64,000 nucleotides of DNA, from assembly GCA_030429665.1 (NCBI GenBank), contig JAUIEZ010000007.1:7877-71876 (forward strand), given 5' to 3'. This stretch comes from Gammaproteobacteria bacterium (lineage in GTDB: Bacteria; Pseudomonadota; Gammaproteobacteria; Arenicellales; CAJQKF01). Numbering within the stretch: the first letter of the stretch is position 1; every line of letters starts with the position of its first letter. Of this stretch, positions 1 through 8,977 are shown piece by piece. Made by a program: the position numbers and the translations under genes. The notes under the pieces were generated by a model. That model was not told where the DNA came from and did not search any database. It saw nothing but the letters and a program-made list of their open reading frames with translations.

Positions 1-1367
1 GACGCATACGCGGCGACCAGGTGGGAATGATCTTCCAGGAACCGATGACCTCGCTGAACCCGCTGCACACCGTGCGAAAGCAGATCAGCGAAACGCTGCT
101 GCTGCACAAGGGCTTGTCGGAGTCGGCGGCGCGCAGCCGCTGCCTGGAACTGCTCGAGTTGGTGCGCATCCAGGATCCCGTCAGGCGCCTGGACAGCTAT
201 CCGCACCAACTTTCCGGCGGGCAACGCCAGCGCGTGATGATCGCCATGGCGCTGGCCAACGATCCCGACCTGTTGATCGCCGACGAACCGACCACCGCCC
301 TGGACGTAACCACGCAGGCGCAGATCCTTCGGCTGCTGCAGGACCTGCAGCGAGAGATGGGCATGGCGGTACTGTTGATCACCCACGACCTGACGATCGT
401 GGAGAAGATCTCCGACGAACTCTACGTGATGAAGGACGGCCGCATCGTCGAGCAGGGTGCGACGGCGTCGGTCTTCGAAGCACCGCGCGAGGCGTACACG
501 AAGCAGCTTCTGTCGGCCGAGCCGCCGGTCAAGCCCGAGCACGACTTCACCGGCCGCGACGAAGTGCTCAAGGCAGAGCACGTTCGCGTCTGGTTCCCGA
601 TCAGGATGGGCGTTCTCAAGCGAACCGTCGATCACGTGAAGGCGGCCGACGACATCGGCCTGGTGGTTCGTCCGGGTGAAACCGTGGGTATTGTCGGCGA
701 GAGCGGGTCGGGCAAGACGACGCTGGCGCTAGCCATCCTCCGCCTGGAAAAATCCCGCGGCCGCATCGTGTTCAACGGTCGCGAGATTCACGGCCTCGAC
801 GGCGAAGACCTGAAGCCGATAAGGCGGCAGATGCAGGTCGTGTTCCAGGACCCGTACGGATCGCTCAGCCCCCGCCTGTCGATACAGCAAATCGTCGAGG
901 AAGGCCTGGTGGCGCACGGCATCGGCAACGAGTCCGAACGCGAGGAGCGGGTCATTGCCGCACTGGAGGAAGTGGGTCTCGATCCGGCGAGCCGGTACCG
1001 CTACCCGCACGAGTTTTCCGGCGGCCAGCGCCAGCGCGTTGCCATTGCGCGCGCCATGATCATGCAGCCGAGACTCGTGATACTCGACGAACCGACGTCC
1101 GCGCTCGATCGATCGGTGCAAGTGCAGATCGTCGATCTGTTGTTGCGTTTACAGGCCGAGCACGATCTCGCTTACATCTTCATAAGCCACGACCTCAAGC
1201 TCGTGCGCGCCATGAGCGACCACCTGATCGTGCTGCGGGGCGGCATCGTCGTGGAGCAAGGTCCATCGGAACGATTGTTCAAACAACCCGAAGCGCCCTA
1301 CACGAAGGCGCTGATCAGCGCTGCCTTCGCACTCGAGGTCAGCGACGAGACCGCGGTACGGCAATAG
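1..1367 (+). CDS. ABC transporter ATP-binding protein, fused double-ATPase (Dpp/Opp/YejF type); 5' end lies outside the window
   Basis: The frame stays open to the window edge (..[20 protein letters not shown]). The first domain has signature LSGGQRQR and Walker [13 protein letters not shown]. The second, complete domain has Walker [24 protein letters not shown] and [12 protein letters not shown]. Confidence 0.85.
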   Translation, partial: RIRGDQVGMIFQEPMTSLNPLHTVRKQISETLLLHKGLSESAARSRCLELLELVRIQDPVRRLDSYPHQLSGGQRQRVMIAMALANDPDLLIADEPTTALDVTTQAQILRLLQDLQREMGMAVLLITHDLTIVEKISDELYVMKDGRIVEQGATASVFEAPREAYTKQLLSAEPPVKPEHDFTGRDEVLKAEHVRVWFPIRMGVLKRTVDHVKAADDIGLVVRPGETVGIVGESGSGKTTLALAILRLEKSRGRIVFNGREIHGLDGEDLKPIRRQMQVVFQDPYGSLSPRLSIQQIVEEGLVAHGIGNESEREERVIAALEEVGLDPASRYRYPHEFSGGQRQRVAIARAMIMQPRLVILDEPTSALDRSVQVQIVDLLLRLQAEHDLAYIFISHDLKLVRAMSDHLIVLRGGIVVEQGPSERLFKQPEAPYTKALISAAFALEVSDETAVRQ

Positions 1368-1379
1368 AGCCGCCGGGAT

Positions 1380-1847
1380 CGCCCGCAGCGGTATTCAAAA
1401 GCCGGCGTCCCGGGTCGTCGTTCAGCTTCTGTTCAGGTTTTATCGATTCGATAAATTCGAAAGGAAGTTGAAACAAGGCGAAAACACTGACGAAGGCGCC
1501 CTTTGAAATTTCTTTCATTGATTAATCAGCACCGAAATCGTATCCCTTTCATCCAGTTGTCGATTCTCGAAATGCATGTTTTTTGGCCGTCGCAAGCCAT
1601 ATAACCTGCACGAATCAGTCAGAGTGTCCAACTCGCGTACATTCAATCGCATTCGCATATCGGATTTACCCAATGCATTGTTCGGTTTGTCCTATTCGCT
1701 CGTTCGCCATAACAATTCGGCACATAACATTTGATTCATTCAAGTTGTAATCTCAAGGAATATTTACTAAATTACGCCTCGCGTTGAGTTGTTCATATAA
1801 CAAGCAAGCGCTGAACTGAATAAGATATTTATTTGTGGAGACAACTA
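1380..1847 (+). promoter_or_regulatory. AT-rich leader/promoter region upstream of the H-NS-family gene
   Basis: I counted 24/60 G+C for 1681-1740 and 20/60 for 1741-1800, versus 42/60 in a typical coding line (3001-3060). The region contains no ORF of 60 aa or more. It ends at GGAG (1837-1840), 7 nt before GTG 1848. Confidence 0.45.
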
Positions 1848-2219
1848 GTGGCAATTCCAGATATTTCCAAGCTGACGGTTTCCGAGCTGGAAGAGTTAAT
1901 CAAAAGCTGCAGCGCGCAAATCGAGTCGCGAAAGAAAACCAAGAAGAAGGAGCTCGCGAAAACGTTTCGCGAATTGGCGAAGAGCGAAGGTCTCGATGTT
2001 TCCGAGATCGTGGATGACTCGCCTGCCACCACGCGCAAACGTCGCGGCAAGAAGGCGACGGCAAAGAAGGCTCGCCGCAAGAAGCGCGGCAAGGTCGCCC
2101 CGAAGTATCGCAACCCGGCCAACTCGCGGGAAACCTGGACGGGTCGCGGCCGCAAGCCGGCCTGGGTCGTCGCGGCACTGGACTCCGGCAAGAAGTTGCA
2201 GGACCTGGCCATCAAGTAG
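1848..2219 (+). CDS. H-NS family nucleoid-associated DNA-binding protein
   Basis: The C-terminal motif YRNPANSRETWTGRGRKPAWV matches the H-NS DNA-binding loop (TWTGRGRxPxW). The N-terminal part is coiled-coil-like and the linker is K/R-rich. I prefer the GTG start at 1848, preceded by GGAG, over TTG 1833. Confidence 0.85.
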   Translation: MAIPDISKLTVSELEELIKSCSAQIESRKKTKKKELAKTFRELAKSEGLDVSEIVDDSPATTRKRRGKKATAKKARRKKRGKVAPKYRNPANSRETWTGRGRKPAWVVAALDSGKKLQDLAIK

Positions 2220-2242
2220 CGAATAATCAGCAGCGAGAGTCA

Positions 2243-2268
2243 AGGCCCGCCTGCGCGGGCCTTTTTCA
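2243..2268 (+). terminator. Rho-independent terminator of the H-NS-family gene
   Basis: The stem is ggcccgc (2244-2250) paired with gcgggcc (2255-2261), with loop ctgc, followed by ttttt (2262-2266). It lies 25 nt after the stop codon. Confidence 0.75.
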
Positions 2269-2295
2269 ATTACCTCGTCGGCGAACGCCGCCGGC

Positions 2296-2320
2296 CGTAC
2301 AAACGTGATTGGTTTGTACG
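2296..2320. promoter_or_regulatory. Perfect 9-bp inverted repeat (cgtacaaac-N7-gtttgtacg), candidate operator upstream of the membrane-protein gene
   Basis: The arms at 2296-2304 and 2312-2320 are exact reverse complements. An AT-rich -10-like ctattatat follows immediately. Confidence 0.3.
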
Positions 2321-2458
2321 CTCTATTATATTCGGGATATTGCGCCGGTCGTTCGTTCGCAAGCCCGAATGGCGCTTGGCCAAGGGCCTCGCTCGGGGTG
2401 TATAGTGGGGCGACAAGCCCCGCGCACCTGTTCTCGTATTCCTCATTGTCAAGTGGCC

Positions 2459-2920
2459 ATGGGTATCGCTTTAACGCTTCACGTCCTTGCCGCGATTGTC
2501 TGGGTCGGCGGCATGTTTTTCGCCTGGATGATCCTGCGACCGGTCAGCGCCAGCCAACTCGAACCGCCCGCGCGGCTCGGGCTGTGGCTCGGCGTTTTTG
2601 AACGCTTTTTTCCCTGGGTGTGGGCAAGCGTCGTCGCGCTGCTGGCAACGGGCTTTTGGATCGTGTTGTCCGTACTTGGCGGCTTCGCCAACGCGGCGCC
2701 GCACGTGCATGTCATGGCCGCGCTTGGCGTGGTCATGTCGGCAATCTTCGTGTTTCTCTTCTTCGTTCCCTACCGGCAATTGCAACGCGCGGTGGGCGCG
2801 AAAGACTGGCCGCAGGGCGGCAAGGCGCTGGGACGCATTCGACGGCTGGTGGGCGTCAACCTGGTGCTCGGCCTGGTAACCGCCGCTACAGGCTCGGGCG
2901 GGCGGTTTCTCATCGGTTGA
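2459..2920 (+). CDS. Small integral membrane protein (CopD-like / 4-TM family, function unknown)
   Basis: The 153-aa ORF from ATG 2459 has four hydrophobic segments (LHVLAAIVWVGGMFFAWMIL, VWASVVALLATGFWIVLSVL, HVMAALGVVMSAIFVFLFFV, LVGVNLVLGLVTAA). The upstream part of the 203-aa ORF does not look like coding sequence. Confidence 0.6.
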   Translation: MGIALTLHVLAAIVWVGGMFFAWMILRPVSASQLEPPARLGLWLGVFERFFPWVWASVVALLATGFWIVLSVLGGFANAAPHVHVMAALGVVMSAIFVFLFFVPYRQLQRAVGAKDWPQGGKALGRIRRLVGVNLVLGLVTAATGSGGRFLIG

Positions 2921-2924
2921 CGCC

Positions 2925-4088
2925 ATGAAGGCAATGGACACCCCGGCGCTTCTCGAGCGTCTCATCAACTATCCGACGGTAAGCCGGGACAGCAACCTCG
3001 CCCTGATCGAATTCGCCGCGGGCTACCTCGACGAACTCGGCGCGCGCCCGACCCTGGTCTACAACGACGATCGCACCAAGGCCAACCTCCACGCCGTGCT
3101 CGGCCCGTCCGACATACCGGGCGTGGTGCTTTCCGGGCACAGCGACGTGGTGCCGGTCGACGGCCAGGACTGGAGCGTCGATCCATTCAGGGCGTCGCGT
3201 CGGGACGGCCGCGTCTACGGCCGAGGCAGCGCGGACATGAAGGGGTATATAGCCGCGGCGTTGAACCTGGCGCCGGCGGCGTCGGCTCGGCGCCTGGCGC
3301 GACCGCTGCACTTTGTCATCTCCTACGACGAGGAGATCGGCTGCGTGGGCGTTCGCGATCTCATCGCGCGGATGAAATCGTGGGAAGTGCTGCCGTCACT
3401 TTGCGTGATCGGTGAACCCACCGCCATGCGACCGGCCATCGCCCACAAGGGCAAGACATCGGGCACCTGCCATTGCCGCGGCGTGCCCGCGCACTCGGCG
3501 CTGCCGGCACTGGGCGTGAACGCCATCCATCTCGCCACGGACATGATCAACGCGATTCGCGACATGCAACGACGCATCATCGATGGCGGCGCGCGCGACG
3601 ACGGCTACACGGTGCCTTACACCACGCTACACGTGGGCACCATCGAGGGCGGCACCATCCTGAACATCGTGCCCGAACACTGCCGCTTCGAGTTCGAGAT
3701 TCGCAATCTGCCGTCGGACGATCCCGGTGAGTTGCTCGTGCGCCTCGACGAGGCCGCGGCCAAACTCGTCGCAGAGTTCGAGCCCCGTTTCGCCGATGTC
3801 GGCATTCACGTCGAAATCACCAACGAATACCCGGCGCTCGAAATGGCCGCGGACAGCGAGGCGGTGGCGACCGTGAAGCGCCTCACGGGTATCGAAGAGC
3901 ACGACAAGCTCGCCTACGGCACCGAGGGCGGCCTGTTCCAGCGCGAGCTGGGCCTGGCGACGGTCGTGTGCGGACCGGGATCCATGGACCAGGGCCACAA
4001 GCGGGACGAGTACGTCACTCTCGACCAACTCGAACGCTGCGACCGGTTTCTCGAAAACCTGCTCGATTCGATTACCGACGACCGTTAA
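2925..4088 (+). CDS. argE: M20-family deacylase, acetylornithine deacetylase (ArgE)-like
   Basis: M20 metallopeptidase motifs are present (LSGHSDVVPV, GRGSADMKG, SYDEEIGCVG). The length of 387 aa is typical of ArgE. True substrate specificity cannot be determined from sequence alone. Confidence 0.75.
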   Translation: MKAMDTPALLERLINYPTVSRDSNLALIEFAAGYLDELGARPTLVYNDDRTKANLHAVLGPSDIPGVVLSGHSDVVPVDGQDWSVDPFRASRRDGRVYGRGSADMKGYIAAALNLAPAASARRLARPLHFVISYDEEIGCVGVRDLIARMKSWEVLPSLCVIGEPTAMRPAIAHKGKTSGTCHCRGVPAHSALPALGVNAIHLATDMINAIRDMQRRIIDGGARDDGYTVPYTTLHVGTIEGGTILNIVPEHCRFEFEIRNLPSDDPGELLVRLDEAAAKLVAEFEPRFADVGIHVEITNEYPALEMAADSEAVATVKRLTGIEEHDKLAYGTEGGLFQRELGLATVVCGPGSMDQGHKRDEYVTLDQLERCDRFLENLLDSITDDR

Positions 4089-4130
4089 CCGCCGGCCGCG
4101 CGCTTACCGTGCGGCCAAACCGACCGACGA

Positions 4131-5564
4131 TCACGACATGCCGCGCCGGCCCGTGCCTGGAGGCACGCAAGGATCGACCGGCCGGCAGTCGATGGCCAGC
4201 AACTCCTCGATCCAGCGCGCCGCCGACAACAGGTCAGCGTCACCGTGGGCACGGCCGACCAACTGCACGCCCACCGGCGTCGCATTCTCGAGGAAACCGA
4301 CCGGGATGGTCACGACAGGCAGCGCGACCACCGTGACGGCGTAGGCGATCGCCAACCAGCGATAGTACTCGGCCACCGGCAGGCCGTTGGCATGGCCGGG
4401 ATAACGTTCTTCGACCGGGTACGGCAATATCGACGTGGCGGGGCAAACCAGCACATCATAGGCCTGCATGAAGGCGGCCGACTCGTGGTAGAGGCGGCCC
4501 TGGGCACGCCGCGCGACGGCGATTTCGTCTCCCGTGAGTCGCAGGCCACGGTCTATGTTCCACGAAACTTCCGGCTTTACGAGAACGCGTTGCGCATCCG
4601 TCAACGTGCCCCTGCCGGTGGCGTAGTCCAGCGCGCGCAGCACGTCGAACGTTTCGTGCACGCCGGTGAAATCCGGCGCGGCAGCGACGACGTCGATGCC
4701 TGTTGCCGCGAGCGTATCGATGAAGTCGCGAAACACTGCGAGTATCGCGTCGTCGACCCGGGTTATCCCGAGATCGTCCGAGTACGCGATGCGCATCGGC
4801 TTGCGCGCGGCGCTCGCCGCCGTCTCCAGCGATACCGCCGGCGGCGAGCAGATGCCTGCGGCGTGGTGCACACCGGTCATGGCATCGGCCATGAGGCCGA
4901 GATCGGCCACGCAGCGCGCCATGGAGCCCTCGGCGGCGAGCACGTCGAAGGGCGCCGGGAGCGGGCCGTCGGGTATCCGTCCGGGCGAAGGTCGCAGGCT
5001 GCAGACACCGCAGAACGCGGCCGGCGTGCGCAGCGAACCGGCGAGGTCCGACCCGTGCGCCAGCCACGCGGTGCCCGAGGCCAGGGCGGCGGCCGCACCG
5101 CCCGAGGACCCGCCCGCGGACAGGCGCGTGTCGCGGGGATTGACGGTGGCGCCGAACACGTCGTTGAACGTGTTGCCCCCGGCGCCGAACTCGGGCGTAT
5201 TCGACTTGGCGTAGACCACGCCGCCGGCCGCCTCCAGGTGGCGGACGACGAGGTCCGACTGCTCCGCGATACGGTTTTCGAACACCCGCGACCCCAAGGT
5301 AGTGCGCACGCCGGCGACGTCGCTCAGGTCCTTGATCGCCACCGGCAGTCCGTACATCGGTCCTCGCTCGCCGCGCGGCCGTTCGAGAAGCGACGCAACC
5401 GAGCTGCGGGCGCGATCGAAGCAGCGAATCGGCAGCGCATTGACGACATGATCGACCTCGCCGATTCGCGACTCGAGCGCGTCGAGCACTTCGTTCGGCG
5501 AAACGCGCCCGTCGCGAAGCCGCGCCACCACGTCGACGGCAAACAGTTCAATCAATTCGTTCAT
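4131..5564 (-). CDS. Amidase-signature family amidase
   Basis: The amidase-signature motif is present (GGSSGGAAAALASG...GSDLAGSLRTPAAFCGV). Length is 477 aa. Confidence 0.85.
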   Translation of the reverse strand: MNELIELFAVDVVARLRDGRVSPNEVLDALESRIGEVDHVVNALPIRCFDRARSSVASLLERPRGERGPMYGLPVAIKDLSDVAGVRTTLGSRVFENRIAEQSDLVVRHLEAAGGVVYAKSNTPEFGAGGNTFNDVFGATVNPRDTRLSAGGSSGGAAAALASGTAWLAHGSDLAGSLRTPAAFCGVCSLRPSPGRIPDGPLPAPFDVLAAEGSMARCVADLGLMADAMTGVHHAAGICSPPAVSLETAASAARKPMRIAYSDDLGITRVDDAILAVFRDFIDTLAATGIDVVAAAPDFTGVHETFDVLRALDYATGRGTLTDAQRVLVKPEVSWNIDRGLRLTGDEIAVARRAQGRLYHESAAFMQAYDVLVCPATSILPYPVEERYPGHANGLPVAEYYRWLAIAYAVTVVALPVVTIPVGFLENATPVGVQLVGRAHGDADLLSAARWIEELLAIDCRPVDPCVPPGTGRRGMS

Positions 5565-5747
5565 GACGTATCCGACCTCGCGGCCTTCGATAGATCACGA
5601 GTTTCGACCCTCCCGGTACGCCATCGCAAGCGGCCTGATGCGGGCGGGACGAGGTCAGCTTTCGTTTACTCATCCGGCCGACTACACTTTGTCGCTCGGC
5701 GATCCACGCCGCCGACCGCTCGTTCGAAACACGCACCACGACACACC

Positions 5748-6743
5748 ATGACCGTCACAAACCCGATCACCTCAGAGGTCGATTTCGAGGCCGAGGGCAA
5801 GCACGCCGGTTACCTGCGCCTGCCCCATTCGGTGAATCGATCCGCCTACGGCTTCATCCCGATCCCGGTGATATCGATCAGGAACGGCGACGGCCCCAAG
5901 GTGGTGCTGATGGCGGGCAACCACGGCGACGAGTACGAGGGACAAATCGTGCTGACCGCCCTGGCCAAGCGCCTGCGGGCGGATGACGTGCGTGGACAGG
6001 TGATCGTCCTGCCGGCGGCGAACACGCCCGCGGTGATCGCGGGCTCGCGCACCTCGCCGGTCGACGGCGGCAACCTGAATCGATGCTTTCCCGGCGACGC
6101 CGCCGGCGCGCCCACGTCGGTGATCGCGCACTACCTCGAGCACGTCGTCTTCGACCGTATCGACTACCTGCTCGACCTGCACTCGGGCGGCACCTCGCTC
6201 GTGTACCTGCCCACGGCGCTGATTCGTTTCGACGACGACGAGGGGGCCAATCGAAGGCGACACGAACTGCTCGACGCCCTCGCGCTGCCCCATGCCCTCG
6301 CATTCGACGCCAGCGACGGACCCTACGCCAGCGCGGCCGCGGCGCGGCGCGGCGGCATCGCCATCACGGCCGAACTGGGCGGCGGCGCCATGGTCGACCG
6401 CGCCCTGGTGTCGCTGGTCGAGCAGGGCTTGGACCGCTACCTGCGCCATGTCGGCGTCTGTCCGGCACTCGACACCGTGCCCGCCGCTCATCGCGTACGG
6501 CTTTTTCGCGTCGATGACGAATCCCAGTACGTGTTCGCCCGCGCCGCGGGCGTTTTCGAACCCGCCGTCGACCTGGGCGACACGGTGCGCGCCGGCCAGC
6601 TGGCCGCGCGCATCCACCGACCCGAACAACCCTGGCTGCCCGCCGAGCCGGTGCATTTCGACCGCGACGGCTTCGTCGTCTGCCGCCGGGCGCTGGCGCG
6701 AACCGAAATCGGCGACTGCCTGTTCCAACTCGCCGGCGACTGA
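5748..6743 (+). CDS. Succinylglutamate desuccinylase/aspartoacylase (AstE/AspA) family deacylase (DoeB-like)
   Basis: The start is an internal ATG at 5748 within the 832-aa track ORF. Motifs MAGNHGDEYEGQ and DLHSGG are Zn-ligand regions of the family. The upstream 500 aa of the track ORF are Arg/Gly-rich shadow sequence antisense to the amidase gene. Confidence 0.8.
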   Translation: MTVTNPITSEVDFEAEGKHAGYLRLPHSVNRSAYGFIPIPVISIRNGDGPKVVLMAGNHGDEYEGQIVLTALAKRLRADDVRGQVIVLPAANTPAVIAGSRTSPVDGGNLNRCFPGDAAGAPTSVIAHYLEHVVFDRIDYLLDLHSGGTSLVYLPTALIRFDDDEGANRRRHELLDALALPHALAFDASDGPYASAAAARRGGIAITAELGGGAMVDRALVSLVEQGLDRYLRHVGVCPALDTVPAAHRVRLFRVDDESQYVFARAAGVFEPAVDLGDTVRAGQLAARIHRPEQPWLPAEPVHFDRDGFVVCRRALARTEIGDCLFQLAGD

Positions 6744-7029
6744 TTCGTACCGACCGGCGGTCGCGGGATACAACCGTTCGTCGGACCGCCGGTCCGAAAG
6801 AAAACGTTGTCGAGACCCGTTTGAACCCCGGCGGGTCCAAACTCTTACCCGTTGAGTATCGCGGCGACGCCGAATCGAATAACGATGAAACGCCGGTGAA
6901 GGCGTCCTGGGCTCGCTCGAGCGACGGCGACGAAACGAACGCCCTCGGCGCGAGAAGCGACCCGTCTGTCGAGATCCGACGCCGCATTGCATGGCTCCAC
7001 GACGAATTAAAAAGTCCGGGAGGCACGAA

Positions 7030-8910
7030 ATGAAACACACCGATCACCTCAATGCCGATCTTCACGAGGCGAGGGTATTCGTTCTTTGCCTCGCCCTCGT
7101 TGCACCTGCTCTCGCGGCCGACGACGCCCTGCCGCCGACGTTCGGTCCCGGCGAAGTTGTATACATAGAGCAAACCGGAGACAACCCGCTCATCACCGTC
7201 GTCGACACCGACCAGGACGGCGATTACGACGCCGCCGACACCTCCGACCCCTCGGTCTCCGTGGTCGTCGCCGCCCAGTGCAACGACGGCGATGCCGTCC
7301 CGCCCTCGGGACTGGTCGGCCTGACCGCGGGCAACGCGGCCTGGACCAGCGGCTACTTCACGTTTCAATCCGAGCCCTACCACGTCATGCCGCTGATCCA
7401 GGCGGGCCTGCCCGAAGGCAATACGCAACCCGACTTTCCGCCGGCGCATCTCGACCTGGCGATCGAACAATGCAACGCGCTGTCCGGCGAGCAAAAGGCG
7501 ACGGGTCAGATGATCGAGCGCCAGATCGGGTTCGTGGCACATGCCCAAACTTGCGTCGACGCGCCGGGTGTCACCACGACCCCGGATGGCGCCACCGTCG
7601 CGTGGCTCCTCAAGAATTTCTTCGCCAATGCGTTCACGTTGGGGCTCTACTCGATATTCAACCCGATTGAATTCGGTGCGGAGGGCGACGTGATGGTCGC
7701 GAACACGCCCTTGATGGTCGACGTCAACTGCCAGCCGGCGGAACCGGTGAAGGTCGAAGCCGCCACCGTGCTGGCGCTCGAGGAGGCGACGCTCGGCGGT
7801 CACTGCGCGATCAACCTGTCGGGCACGCTGCAAACCAATCATCCCGACCAGCAGGTCGGATTCCGGTACGTCGACAACGCCGGTCACCAAAGCCATGCCC
7901 ACTGGGTAACCACCGATCATTCGGGTCACGCGGACTTCTCCCACCAGTACGATATCCCCGTGAACGCCGACCGCCCGGAAACGGGCCAGGTGCGCATCGA
8001 GGGCGTCAGCCACGAGTTCGCGTCGGGCTGGACGCCGTATGCGCTGGACTGCGTGGCCGCCGGCGGCTCCGACTACGCCACCCGGGTTCCACCCGTGATG
8101 AGCCTCGACGTCGAAGTCGAAGAGACGGTCATGATGGACGGCCAGGTTTGCCCGGCGTCGGTCCGACTGGTGGCAGGCGTCAGTGCGCCGAGCGGGTTCG
8201 TCGGCAGCCTGATATTCGTCGGCAGCCAGTATTTCTCCGCGCTGCATCCGGTGCAGCTCGCGGCGGGACACCGGAGGCAATACGGTGACTACCGCGACCT
8301 GAACTGGGGCAGTGGCGGGGAAATCGGCTCGGCACTGTCCACGCAGCCGAACGCTCGAAGGCCGCTCAAGACCCAGCGCTTCACCATGGGATACAACCTC
8401 GTCGACGCCGACGGCAACGTGGCCTGGCAGTTCGCGCCCAAATCGTACTCGGTGACCTGTACCGACCCCGGGGTGACACCCGGCCTGCAGTTGGATTCGC
8501 CGAATCTCACTGTCGGCACGCTCGACGCCACCGGCGGGACCGCACCAGGCAGGACCGATGATCGGCAACGCGTGTCGGTCCCCGCCGTGGTCGTCCTCCA
8601 GCGCATCGACGCCGCCGTCACCGGCGCACGGCTGTCGGTGGAAGGTCGCTTCGGCGTGGTCCAGGCCGAGATTGCCAATCTCGGCACCACCGCCGTCGCC
8701 GGCACCGTGGTCATCGACGTTAGCAATGCCGCGGGACGCAAGGTGGCCACCATTCGCAAGCCCGTGCGCATGGTGGCCGGCGGTACGATGAAGATCCGGG
8801 AGCGGTTTCGTGCCGTGCGCGCGCAAAGCTACCGCGCCAGCGTGACGGTAGGCGTGGGGAACGACGCCAACCCGGCCAACAACGAGAAGTCGACCAGGTT
8901 CTCGCAATGA
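7030..8910 (+). CDS. Secreted hypothetical protein with a C-terminal CARDB-like domain
   Basis: GGGAGG lies 8 nt before ATG 7030. There is a signal peptide (MKHTDHLNADLHEARVFVLCLALVAPALA/ADD). A DxDxDGxxD-like Ca-binding loop (DTDQDGDYD) and a His-rich stretch (GHQSHAHWVTTDHSGHADFSH) are present. The C-terminal end (AEIANLGTTAVAG..VTVGVGNDANPANNEKS) resembles CARDB. Confidence 0.7.
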   Translation: MKHTDHLNADLHEARVFVLCLALVAPALAADDALPPTFGPGEVVYIEQTGDNPLITVVDTDQDGDYDAADTSDPSVSVVVAAQCNDGDAVPPSGLVGLTAGNAAWTSGYFTFQSEPYHVMPLIQAGLPEGNTQPDFPPAHLDLAIEQCNALSGEQKATGQMIERQIGFVAHAQTCVDAPGVTTTPDGATVAWLLKNFFANAFTLGLYSIFNPIEFGAEGDVMVANTPLMVDVNCQPAEPVKVEAATVLALEEATLGGHCAINLSGTLQTNHPDQQVGFRYVDNAGHQSHAHWVTTDHSGHADFSHQYDIPVNADRPETGQVRIEGVSHEFASGWTPYALDCVAAGGSDYATRVPPVMSLDVEVEETVMMDGQVCPASVRLVAGVSAPSGFVGSLIFVGSQYFSALHPVQLAAGHRRQYGDYRDLNWGSGGEIGSALSTQPNARRPLKTQRFTMGYNLVDADGNVAWQFAPKSYSVTCTDPGVTPGLQLDSPNLTVGTLDATGGTAPGRTDDRQRVSVPAVVVLQRIDAAVTGARLSVEGRFGVVQAEIANLGTTAVAGTVVIDVSNAAGRKVATIRKPVRMVAGGTMKIRERFRAVRAQSYRASVTVGVGNDANPANNEKSTRFSQ

Positions 8911-8977
8911 CCTCGTCGTATCGGCGCCGGCTTGCGAACGCGGACCGGCGCCGCGCGAGTGCGGGTCGACCGCGGGC

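Noticed and set aside
1339-1518. A 59-aa minus-strand ORF (MKEISKGAFVSVFALFQLPFEF...) in the AT-rich region upstream of the hns-like gene, just below the 60-aa track cutoff.
   Set aside because: There is no Shine-Dalgarno sequence before the ATG. The C-terminal half runs antisense into the end of the ABC ATPase gene, and there is no recognisable motif. It remains only a possibility, testable by ribosome profiling.
4245-5747. N-terminal 500 aa of the 832-aa plus-strand ORF ending at 6743.
   Set aside because: This part is antisense to the amidase gene and has a shadow-like composition. The AstE/AspA homology begins only at the internal ATG 5748.
6821-7033. A 70-aa TTG-initiated ORF as an independent annotated gene.
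   Set aside because: It has a weak start codon, no SD sequence, lower third-position GC than neighbouring genes and no motif. I mention it only as a possible coupled upstream ORF in the finding on the secreted protein.
8923-8952. The ggcgccgg...ccggcgcc 8-bp stem between convergent genes, considered as a bidirectional terminator.
   Set aside because: It has a 14-nt loop and no flanking T/A tracts on either strand, so it cannot be supported as an intrinsic terminator.
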